NCBI GenBank assembly: GCA_964535955.1
Contig: CAZHVK010000001.1
Span: forward strand, 115,542 to 179,541
Length of the DNA: 64,000 bases
DNA from: an uncultured Methanosarcinales archaeon
GTDB taxonomy: Archaea; Nanobdellota; Nanobdellia; Woesearchaeales; CAXGTL01
Direction of reading: 5' to 3'
In this document: positions 56,689 through 64,000 of the stretch, piece after piece
Position numbering within the stretch: position 1 is the stretch's first letter
Layout: each line of letters opens with the position of its first letter
Made by a program: the position numbers and the translations under genes
Notes under the pieces: generated by a model
Told to the model about the DNA's origin: nothing
Seen by the model: the letters and a program-made list of their open reading frames with translations, nothing else
The model's database searches: none

Positions 56689-57966
56689 CTACAATTCATT
56701 TAATGTAACAATATTCAGTCTAGTATCTCTCTTATTGATTCTTGAGTCCATTGCTACTACAAACTTAATGTTTTTATTCTGCTCTAATCCTTTTATTAAA
56801 GCTCTATCAATGCTACCATCAAATACAACTGCAAAAACATTTGTACCTAAGTTACTTATTGTAGATGAGATTTCTGATATAGGAACCTTACCTAAAATAT
56901 TTAACTTATCATCAAGTATGTAACTACCCCTTGTACCTATTAAATCTTCTAGCATTTGTTTAAATGATTTTTTTTGTTTATCATCTAAACTAATTTTAGC
57001 TGCTGGAGGTCCTGCTTGAGATCTTTGTTGATAACTAGATCTTTGATAACTTGATTTTTGGTAAGGTTTTCTTGAATCTTGTCTTCTGTATGACTGTCTT
57101 TTACCACCATTCATTGACTCTGTTGTTGCATCTAGATTGAATTCCATTTTTGCTTGTTCTGCTGCTACTTTGCTTCTCAATGCTTTATGAATTTCTTTCT
57201 TAGTTATTTCTTCAACTTCTTTTCCGTCAGGTGCTTTTGTTACAAAATCAATGTCTGCGACATTTAAGATTTCTTTTATGATAAGGTTACCTCCCCTATC
57301 TCCATCTGTAAAAACAGTCATAATCTTTTCTTTACTTAGACCAATAATTGATTCTGGTATTGATGTTCCATTTATTGCTATTACATTCTTAAAACCATGT
57401 TTTAATAAATTAAGAACATCTGCTCTTCCTTCAACAATTATAATATCATCACTTTCATCAACACTAGGACCTGCAGGTAGCCTGTCTTTACCATATTCTT
57501 GTATTTCCATTACTCTTACAGAATATGCTACTTCATCTGCTAGTTCTTGAGAATCTGGCATTACTTTGTCCATTAGGTTTTTTAGTAATATTTTTGCTCT
57601 GTCAATAACAAACTGTCTTTTGCTAACTCTAACATCTTCAATGTTTTGTACTTGAATCTTAGCATTACAAGGTCCAATTCTTTGAATAATTTCTAATGAA
57701 GCAGCTACAATAGATGTTTCTGCTTTATCTAAAGAACTCGGAATTAATATTGTACCTGTTGTTTTACCTGATCTTGTTTCAGCTGTTACTTCTATTCTAC
57801 CGATTCTACCTGATCTTTGAAGTTCTCTAAGTTCTAAATCTGCTCCTAACAAGCCTTCTGTTTGACCAAATACTGCTCCTATTACATCTGGTTTGTCTAC
57901 AACTCCTTCTATTTGGATGTTTGCATGAACAATATATTTTGCTGATACTGGGCTAATTTTAGCCAT
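56689..57966 (-). CDS. dnaG: Archaeal DnaG-type primase (TOPRIM)
   Basis: TOPRIM motif [28 protein letters not shown] and [10 protein letters not shown] chose the ATG at 57966 (MAKISP...); the track used a GTG at 57975. Confidence 0.85.
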   Translation of the reverse strand: MAKISPVSAKYIVHANIQIEGVVDKPDVIGAVFGQTEGLLGADLELRELQRSGRIGRIEVTAETRSGKTTGTILIPSSLDKAETSIVAASLEIIQRIGPCNAKIQVQNIEDVRVSKRQFVIDRAKILLKNLMDKVMPDSQELADEVAYSVRVMEIQEYGKDRLPAGPSVDESDDIIIVEGRADVLNLLKHGFKNVIAINGTSIPESIIGLSKEKIMTVFTDGDRGGNLIIKEILNVADIDFVTKAPDGKEVEEITKKEIHKALRSKVAAEQAKMEFNLDATTESMNGGKRQSYRRQDSRKPYQKSSYQRSSYQQRSQAGPPAAKISLDDKQKKSFKQMLEDLIGTRGSYILDDKLNILGKVPISEISSTISNLGTNVFAVVFDGSIDRALIKGLEQNKNIKFVVAMDSRINKRDTRLNIVTLNEL

Positions 57967-57983
57967 TTTTATCACTCTCCTAG

Positions 57984-58036
57984 TTTGTCAAAAACTTTGT
58001 TTTTGATCATGATCAGAAATCCTTGATTTCTGACAA
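57984..58036. promoter_or_regulatory. Conserved palindromic upstream element, copy 2: TTTGTCAAAAAC-N8-TTTTTGATCATGATCAGAAA ... TGACAAA, about 44 nt upstream of dnaG
   Basis: The same 12-bp palindrome TGATCATGATCA with 32/34 conserved flanks. The outer arms TTTGTCA/TGACAAA are also symmetric. Confidence 0.5.
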
Positions 58037-58592
58037 ATTTGATAGAAAAAGCTCTCTAACTTGATTCCAAATAATGTGTTTTGTGAATAAGTAAACATGA
58101 TTTTGCCTTTTCTATCTATTTAAGAACAAGTTTTAAACCGTAATTTTAACTAATTTCCAACTCTTTTTTTGCTTTTAAATGATTAAATGAATATGATTTG
58201 CGGTTTTTTTGACTTGTTCTATTGTTTTTAAGCCTATTTTGACTTTCTTTGTTCTTTTTAAACTTAATTTATGATTTAATAAGCATAAAAGGTTTGTTGC
58301 CTGAAGCACTAACTCCCAGGGTTCATTGCTCGCCTTATGCGTTAGCTCCATTGAGCACTCTCGTGTCAGGCTGTATTATGCAAGAGTATCTTTAAATCAC
58401 TGTTGTTCTTTGTTGAACAGCTCATAAAAGGACCCATTTGCATAAATTGTGCGATGATATATGGTAGGTAGAGGTGGTTAATAAATGTTTGGTTTTTTGT
58501 GGTTTTTGTCATCACTTGAAGGTAATGACTTATAGAAAGATTTATATAGTGGTGTGTGTTGCTTTTTACTATATAATTATATAGTGAGGTAA

Positions 58593-59006
58593 TTGAAGAT
58601 GAAAGACACATATAGAGTTAATGAAGATGGTGAAACATTAAGTGCTAGGCTTGTTAAAGGTGATGAGGGTAAAACTATTGAGATAATGTATACAAAAAGA
58701 AATGGTGATTATCAAGTTGGTTTGTATAAAGGTGGAGTTGAACAAAGTACAAGAGCAGTATTTGCAGATGAAAGTCAACCTATGCAGAATTCTGATGGTA
58801 ACAGTTTTTTACAAATGTATATAGCTGCTTATGATAAGTTAGGTCCTAAGTTAAGGGAACAATTACCAGCTGAATGGTGCAGTATTCTTGGTTCATGGCT
58901 TAAGAAGAGTGGTTATAGAAAAGCAATTGATTCTATGAAAAAAGAAGTTGGTGAAGATGGTGCACAAATATTAGAAAATTTGCCAAAGATTATTTTTGGG
59001 TTGTAG
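58593..59006 (+). CDS. Hypothetical protein, first gene of a compact 4-gene plus-strand operon
   Basis: A GAGGT SD lies upstream. Local GC is higher than in the neighbouring genes. Confidence 0.4.
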   Translation: MKMKDTYRVNEDGETLSARLVKGDEGKTIEIMYTKRNGDYQVGLYKGGVEQSTRAVFADESQPMQNSDGNSFLQMYIAAYDKLGPKLREQLPAEWCSILGSWLKKSGYRKAIDSMKKEVGEDGAQILENLPKIIFGL

Positions 59007-59024
59007 TTAGGAGGTTTTTAGAAA

Positions 59025-59429
59025 ATGATAATAAAAAATGGATTTAAGAAGTTTGGTAGTTATGAATTAGATGTTGTAAATGAAGGTTCTAATAATCACA
59101 GAGGATTAATAGGCACAGTTGTTGCAAAAGGTGCTTATGCTGAAGATTCTGAACCTAATGTTGGTTCTGCATATAATTTTGGTCTTAATCAACCTAATCT
59201 AAAGAGAAAGATTTCAAAATGGGCTAAAAAAAATTGTGTTGTAATGGATGAAGATAATAAATATGAATGTGCTCTTGTTGATGGTTTAGTTGATCTTGTT
59301 CAACAAGGTAGTAAAGAAGGAGCAAGGATTGCTGTTATAAAAGGGTTTTCATTTGATAGTCAAAAGATACCTGCTCGTGTTGATGATTCAAGGTATTATG
59401 CATTAATACATGCTGAGTTGTATAAGTAG
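59025..59429 (+). CDS. Hypothetical protein, operon gene 2
   Basis: A GGAGG SD lies 9 nt upstream. The gap to gene 1 is 18 nt. Confidence 0.4.
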   Translation: MIIKNGFKKFGSYELDVVNEGSNNHRGLIGTVVAKGAYAEDSEPNVGSAYNFGLNQPNLKRKISKWAKKNCVVMDEDNKYECALVDGLVDLVQQGSKEGARIAVIKGFSFDSQKIPARVDDSRYYALIHAELYK

Positions 59430-59441
59430 ATTTGTAATAAA

Positions 59442-59756
59442 ATGACAGACAAAATAAAAATCTATAAAGAAGAAATTCAACATGGTGATAAAGTATGTTC
59501 TTGTGTTATTATTGAGCATAGTGATGGAGCAGATAGGTTTGATATTGCTAAACAAGCTGTTGATAGTGGTTTGATTGATTATTCTAGTGATTCTGAGAAA
59601 GAACAGATATATCAATTGATTCTTCAGGAAAGAAGGGTTGAGCCTAAGAAACAAAGTAATGATAAAAAAGATATAAGTCTTACTGAAAGGCTTAAACAGA
59701 AAAGGCAAAAAAGAATTAAGGAAAAACCCCAGAGAAATTTTGATTATAAGGGATGA
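59442..59756 (+). CDS. Hypothetical protein, operon gene 3 (acidic N-terminus, K/R-rich C-terminus)
   Basis: The gap to gene 2 is 12 nt. Confidence 0.4.
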   Translation: MTDKIKIYKEEIQHGDKVCSCVIIEHSDGADRFDIAKQAVDSGLIDYSSDSEKEQIYQLILQERRVEPKKQSNDKKDISLTERLKQKRQKRIKEKPQRNFDYKG

Positions 59757-59772
59757 AGGATGGAAGATAAAA

Positions 59773-60501
59773 ATGATCCCACTCTTCCTTAAAAAACACA
59801 AAATCTCTAAGTTCTTTAGTGAATTGTTTAACACAAAAAGAAGTAAAAAAGTAAAAAAAACATTAGACAGATTCATCCAACAAATATATTGGGGAGATGA
59901 TTTAACAGTTGAACAGTCTAGAAAGAATCTTGGCAAAGGGTTGGTAGAGATTGTTAAATATGGACAGCATTCTTCAAATGGAATATTGATTACTGGTGAT
60001 GGGTATTTCTTGACTGCTGAACATTGTGTTACAGATGGATTAGTAGGTGCACAGATAAGATTGTTTAATGGTAATCTGTATCCTGTTGAAAAGATTTGTG
60101 GATATGTTCCTAAAGAAGATATTGCTCTTGCAAAAGCAGATATTCCATATAAATGTATTCCAATGGAATACAGAATCTATAATACTAATAAATTAGGAAA
60201 AATGGCTGTTGCTACAATGACCAGAAGATATGGTAAACTGATTGTAAAGTATGGTTTTGTTACAAGAGAATGGAACCCTACTCCTACATACAAAGGTGGT
60301 CTTGAAGCTGTTATGTATCCTAACCAGTTTACAATGGATATTGAAGCTATACCTGGTGATTCAGGAGGGATAATTGTTAGTGAAGATGGAAGATTGGTTG
60401 GTATTTTAAGTGGTGGCCATGAGAAAATATTAACTGGTGCTGGTGTAAAGATAATAAGTGCTTTGGAATTAGTTGATAGGTATAAGAGGAAGTTGAGATG
60501 A
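59773..60501 (+). CDS. Trypsin-like (S1/chymotrypsin fold) serine protease, apparently cytoplasmic
   Basis: Catalytic triad: His in LTAEHCV, Asp in DIALAKAD, Ser in GDSGGII. No signal peptide. I used the ATG at 59773; the track used a TTG at 59740. Confidence 0.65.
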   Translation: MIPLFLKKHKISKFFSELFNTKRSKKVKKTLDRFIQQIYWGDDLTVEQSRKNLGKGLVEIVKYGQHSSNGILITGDGYFLTAEHCVTDGLVGAQIRLFNGNLYPVEKICGYVPKEDIALAKADIPYKCIPMEYRIYNTNKLGKMAVATMTRRYGKLIVKYGFVTREWNPTPTYKGGLEAVMYPNQFTMDIEAIPGDSGGIIVSEDGRLVGILSGGHEKILTGAGVKIISALELVDRYKRKLR

Positions 60502-60553
60502 ATGAATTTTTATTAACAAACCTTTAAATACACTTATTCTATTATAACTTTGT

Positions 60554-61255
60554 ATGACAAAGAAAACCAAAGAAATATGGAAAGTTTACAAAAATGTATT
60601 TTCAGAGTTTACACTTAGGACTGTTTTTAAACTTAGTTCTGAAGGACATTTTGATGAATTAAAGTCGCCGATTTCAATTGGTAAAGAAGCTAATATATTT
60701 ACAGCTTCGAAGGGAAGGGGTTTGGTTATTGTTAAGATCTATAGGTTGGAAAGTTGTAATTTTAACCAGATGTATAATTATATTAAACAAGATGTAAGAT
60801 ATGTTGGATTGAAAAAGCATAGAAGACAGATAATATTTTCCTGGGTGCAAAGAGAGTTTAGGAATTTGTTGATTGCTCGTGATGCTGGTTGTAATGTGCC
60901 TAAACCAATTGCTTTTAAGAATAATGTTATTGTTGAAGAATATTTAGGTGATGATAATCCTGCACCTATGCTAAAAGATTCTCATGTTAAGAATAAAAAG
61001 AAATTCTTTGATGAAGTTGTTAAAAATATGAAAAAGATGTATAAAAAAGGATTAGTTCATGCTGATTTATCAAAGTTTAACATTTTAAATTGTAGAAATA
61101 AACCTTATTTTATTGACTTTTCTCAAGCAACTACATTAAGAGCTTCTGAAGCTGATATGTATTTGAAAAGAGATATAAAGAATGTATGTAACCATTTTAA
61201 GAGATTGGGTTTGAAAGTTGATGTTGATAAGGTTTATAAAAAAATCACTAAGTGA
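60554..61255 (+). CDS. RIO-type serine/threonine protein kinase (Rio1-like, short form)
   Basis: The STGKEANxY-type ATP-binding loop appears as ISIGKEANIF. The catalytic loop is LVHADLSKFNIL. The metal-binding motif is IDFSQA. Confidence 0.7.
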   Translation: MTKKTKEIWKVYKNVFSEFTLRTVFKLSSEGHFDELKSPISIGKEANIFTASKGRGLVIVKIYRLESCNFNQMYNYIKQDVRYVGLKKHRRQIIFSWVQREFRNLLIARDAGCNVPKPIAFKNNVIVEEYLGDDNPAPMLKDSHVKNKKKFFDEVVKNMKKMYKKGLVHADLSKFNILNCRNKPYFIDFSQATTLRASEADMYLKRDIKNVCNHFKRLGLKVDVDKVYKKITK

Positions 61256-62105
61256 TTTCATATAATTTTCTCAATACTCTTAATTTTTTATAACCATCTG
61301 CATCTAAGAATTGGTTTAGAAAATTAACATATTCATTGTCTTTGTTTAATATTTCATGTTTTCTAGAAGCACTGCCAATTATTGTATCTAAACCATTTTT
61401 CATTGCTAATGTTAAGAATGCATTTTGCAAAGGTAATTTTGTTTTTTTAGGTAATTGTTGTGTTAGGTTTGATAACCCTACTAACATATGTGTTTGTTGT
61501 AATTCTGGATCTAAGTTTATCATTTTTATTGTATCTAAAACAATGTTTATCTTGTTTTCATAATCAGATGCAAGAACTATTGCGCCTGGGTCAAAGAATA
61601 TATGTTCTGGTTTAAAATCATAGTCAAGTGCTTTATTATACAATCTTTTTGCTGTTTGATATGATTCTTTTGCTGTTGTGTTTGTGTGAAGGCGTGAATT
61701 TTCTAATCTTTCTGAAATAAGAATAACAACTTGACAAGGTTTCTTTTTTCTTAAAGAAAATACAGCATCTGATCTTGCTTCTGTTGCAGAATTTAAGATT
61801 GGTAAACCATTTGATTTGTCAATATTATATGCATCTAAGCCTGCTTGTAGTTTCAAAGGATTTGCATCATCTATTGACAATGGTATTGTTGTTATTGATT
61901 GTATTGATTTAATTATTATTTCTAATTCTTGTTTAGGTGATAATCCAACATTAACATCAATATAATGTGCACCTTTTATTGCTTGTTTTTTAGCAATTCT
62001 TTGTATTTTTGCATAATCATGTGATTTTAGAATCTTTTCTATTTTTGATAGACTTGCATTGATTTTTTCACCTATTATTGTTAATCCTTTTAATGGCATT
62101 ATCAA
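61248..62105 (-). CDS. Pterin-binding domain protein (MtrH/MetH pterin-binding-like methyltransferase)
   Basis: IIGEKIN (the GERIN motif), GAHYIDVNVGL and IPLSIDDANPLKLQAGLDAY...ILNSAT match the pterin-binding (DHPS-like) TIM-barrel pattern. Confidence 0.6.
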   Translation of the reverse strand: MIMPLKGLTIIGEKINASLSKIEKILKSHDYAKIQRIAKKQAIKGAHYIDVNVGLSPKQELEIIIKSIQSITTIPLSIDDANPLKLQAGLDAYNIDKSNGLPILNSATEARSDAVFSLRKKKPCQVVILISERLENSRLHTNTTAKESYQTAKRLYNKALDYDFKPEHIFFDPGAIVLASDYENKINIVLDTIKMINLDPELQQTHMLVGLSNLTQQLPKKTKLPLQNAFLTLAMKNGLDTIIGSASRKHEILNKDNEYVNFLNQFLDADGYKKLRVLRKLYEIT

Positions 62106-62187
62106 GAATTGGTTTAATATTCAATATATAAGGATTATTAGGATATAATAGTTAGATTTAAAAAAACATCCTACTTCTACCTATATC

Positions 62188-62733
62188 ATGGAAGAATTCA
62201 TATTCGAACTAAAGATACCAAAAGAAAGAATAGCTGTTTTAATAGGTAAGAATGGCGAGATAAAGAAAGAGATAGAGGAATCTACAAAAACAACATTGGA
62301 AATTGATTCTAAAGAAGGAGATATTTTTATTACTGGTAAAGATGGTTTGAATATATTTACTGCAAAGCAGATAATAAGAGCAGTTGGGAGAGGTTTTAAT
62401 CCTGAAATCGCTTTATTTTTATTAAAACATGATTATGCATTTGAATTAGTTGATATAGGAAAATTTGCAAAATCAAAGAGCTCAGCAAAAAGATTAAAAG
62501 GGAGAGTTATTGGTAAGGAAGGAAAGTCAAGAAAAACAATTGAAAAATTAACAGATTGTTACATAAGTGTTTTTGGAAAAACAATTGGTATAATTGGTAA
62601 GGTTGAAGAATCAAAAAATGCAAAAAGAGCTGTTGAAAGTTTGTTGAAGGGTTCGAATCATTCTAATATTTTTAGGTGGTTGGAGAATAAGAGAAGACAG
62701 TTGAAGCAAAGAGAGTTTGAAGATAAAGTTTAA
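62188..62733 (+). CDS. aDim2/Pno1-like KH-domain protein (small-subunit rRNA maturation factor)
   Basis: Two KH modules: RIAVLIGKNGEIKKEIEE and KGRVIGKEGKSRKTIEKLT. Size and layout are typical of archaeal Dim2. Confidence 0.75.
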   Translation: MEEFIFELKIPKERIAVLIGKNGEIKKEIEESTKTTLEIDSKEGDIFITGKDGLNIFTAKQIIRAVGRGFNPEIALFLLKHDYAFELVDIGKFAKSKSSAKRLKGRVIGKEGKSRKTIEKLTDCYISVFGKTIGIIGKVEESKNAKRAVESLLKGSNHSNIFRWLENKRRQLKQREFEDKV

Positions 62734-63668
62734 TAATTCTTTTTTATTATCAATGTTGTTATCTTTTTAATAAAATCAAAATTATTTCTAATATCATCGA
62801 CTAGTTCATAAAATTCATTAATATCCTTCACATCAAAGTCTAGATGGATGTCATATTTGCCTACTTGTTTTATAAAATAATTTATTTGTCTTTTGTTTTT
62901 ACAATAATTTACTAATCTATTGTAATCTTCTTGTTTATGTTTTTGTAGTGTGATAAGTGCTGTGCATGGTTGAAGATTGAGTTTGGCTAGGTTAAGTGTT
63001 GTCTTAAACCCAGAGATTACTTTTTTTTGTTTTAATGACTTTATGTTCAAGATTACTGATTTTGATGTTGTGTTGAGCTTTGCTGCTAGAGTGATAATTT
63101 TGTTTCTTGAGTTAGTTCTTAATAGTTCAATTAATTTAAAATCTTTCTCTGATAATGATTCTTTTACATGGTCTAAATTAACTGTTGTAAAAAATTCCCT
63201 ATCTTTTGTTTGTTCTAAAAAAGATTTGCTAATTGCAAATGCATTGGTGACCATTGAAACATCTTTTTCAAGAATATGTGGTGAGAGTTCTAGAAGTGCA
63301 TCATACATATCTAGTTTCTCTTTGTGATCAAGAATCTTAAAACTTAATAAAAGATCATATTCACCTTCTGCAAAAGTGTTCCAAACACAGCATTTGTATT
63401 TTTTTAATGTGTTTTTTATCTGATCTGCTATTTCTTTGTTTAATTTGTTTAGTTTTATATGAACAGGATTAATACTATAACCTATTTTTGTATAATTTAT
63501 CTTTGTATTGAATTTAATGATTATCTTTTTTTTAATTAATCTATTAATTATCTTGATAACTCCTTGTGTTGAAAGTCTTGCTTTTTTTGCAATCTGTCTT
63601 GATGATATTCTGCAATCTTGTTCTAACAAAGATATTACTTTTTTTTCTGACTTGTTTAATTTGTACAT
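62730..63668 (-). CDS. Transcriptional regulator with two tandem Lrp/AsnC-type modules (HTH plus RAM, twice)
   Basis: The N-terminal HTH is KVISLLEQDCRISSRQIAKKARLSTQGVIKIINRL. A second HTH at FKLIELLRTNSRNKIITLAAKLNTTSKSV is followed by a RAM-like domain. Confidence 0.6.
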   Translation of the reverse strand: MYKLNKSEKKVISLLEQDCRISSRQIAKKARLSTQGVIKIINRLIKKKIIIKFNTKINYTKIGYSINPVHIKLNKLNKEIADQIKNTLKKYKCCVWNTFAEGEYDLLLSFKILDHKEKLDMYDALLELSPHILEKDVSMVTNAFAISKSFLEQTKDREFFTTVNLDHVKESLSEKDFKLIELLRTNSRNKIITLAAKLNTTSKSVILNIKSLKQKKVISGFKTTLNLAKLNLQPCTALITLQKHKQEDYNRLVNYCKNKRQINYFIKQVGKYDIHLDFDVKDINEFYELVDDIRNNFDFIKKITTLIIKKNY

Positions 63669-63774
63669 ATTATTGAATTATGTTTAAATTATATATAAAT
63701 GTTTTGATATTTAGTTAATAATGTCTACTTTTTATGTAAAAAGGTTGATATAGTTAGTTTAGTATCTATATTAT

Positions 63775-64000
63775 ATGAAAATAGAACTTAAACAAAAATT
63801 AATAGAAATTGCAAAACAAAGAATAAGCAATAAAGATCCTTCACATGATTTTGGACATACAATGCGTGTATTAGATAATGCCTTGTTGATTGCCAAATAT
63901 GAAGGAGGTGATCTAGATGTAATCATACCAGCTGCATTGTTTCATGATTTGGTTGTTTATCCTAAGAATTGTCCTAGATCTAAGTTTGAAGAAATTGAAA
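63775..64000 (+). CDS. HD-domain phosphohydrolase, N-terminal fragment; the 3' end lies outside the window
   Basis: MKIELKQKLIEIAKQRISNKDPSHDFGHTMRV...AALFHDL is the H..HD signature. The frame is open to the window end. Confidence 0.5.
   Translation, partial: MKIELKQKLIEIAKQRISNKDPSHDFGHTMRVLDNALLIAKYEGGDLDVIIPAALFHDLVVYPKNCPRSKFEEIE

Noticed and set aside
58366-58611. 81-aa minus-strand ORF in the GC-rich intergenic island
   Set aside because: No SD, and the composition is unlike neighbouring genes. The region is better explained as non-coding structured DNA/RNA.

Overview
This is a very AT-rich archaeal chromosome segment, about 22-30% GC in the stretches I sampled by eye. It carries roughly 65 densely packed genes, and many starts sit behind GGAGG-type ribosome-binding sites. 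Archaeal identity rests on Orc1/Cdc6, the DnaG primase, RadB, NAC-alpha, aMBF1, an aDim2-like KH protein, a RIO kinase, AglB/STT3 and geranylgeranyl reductase. A DPANN-like lineage is my inference only. Layout: (i) 1-17.3 kb is a large N-glycosylation (agl-type) island. It holds GT4/GT2 transferases, a polysaccharide deacetylase-like protein, an FkbM and a class-I methyltransferase, a DegT aminotransferase, a hexapeptide acetyltransferase, a Gfo/Idh/MocA oxidoreductase (together a UDP-2,3-diacetamido-sugar pathway), a UDP-GlcNAc 2-epimerase, a radical-SAM/SPASM enzyme, a Wzx-like flippase, a GT-C-like membrane protein and the oligosaccharyltransferase AglB with an intact WWDYG motif. (ii) 17.5-18.7 kb is geranylgeranyl reductase. 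(iii) 18.8-31 kb is a minus-strand block of six large secreted or membrane proteins. It includes a protein with duplicated novel domains plus PKD domains, an acidic surface protein with a C-terminal TM anchor, a large protein with a putative P-loop, and a TM coiled-coil protein with annexin-like repeats. (iv) 31-34.4 kb holds NAC-alpha preceded by a duplicated initiation region that creates a coupled uORF, small proteins, a tRNA-His(GUG) that appears to carry three introns (D-loop, 37/38, T-loop 59/60), YjbQ and aMBF1. (v) 34.5-41.2 kb is a second glycosyltransferase cluster: a processive GT2 with QRIRW, a GT2, an alpha/beta hydrolase and two GT-C-like multi-TM proteins. (vi) 41-64 kb is core housekeeping: an HD protein, RadB, uS2, Orc1/Cdc6, SerRS, a PIN-ATPase-KH protein, a transglutaminase-like protein, an ABC transporter, a parvulin PPIase, DnaG, RIO kinase, a pterin-binding MtrH-like protein, aDim2, a tandem Lrp/AsnC regulator and a partial HD gene. 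The most unusual non-coding signal is a four-copy family of 110-165 nt intergenic elements. Each is closed by a perfect 10-13 bp terminal inverted repeat whose sequence differs between copies while complementarity is kept. The copies share internal motifs, two have 9-10 bp flanking direct repeats, and three bracket orc1/cdc6. No rRNA genes or CRISPR arrays were seen.
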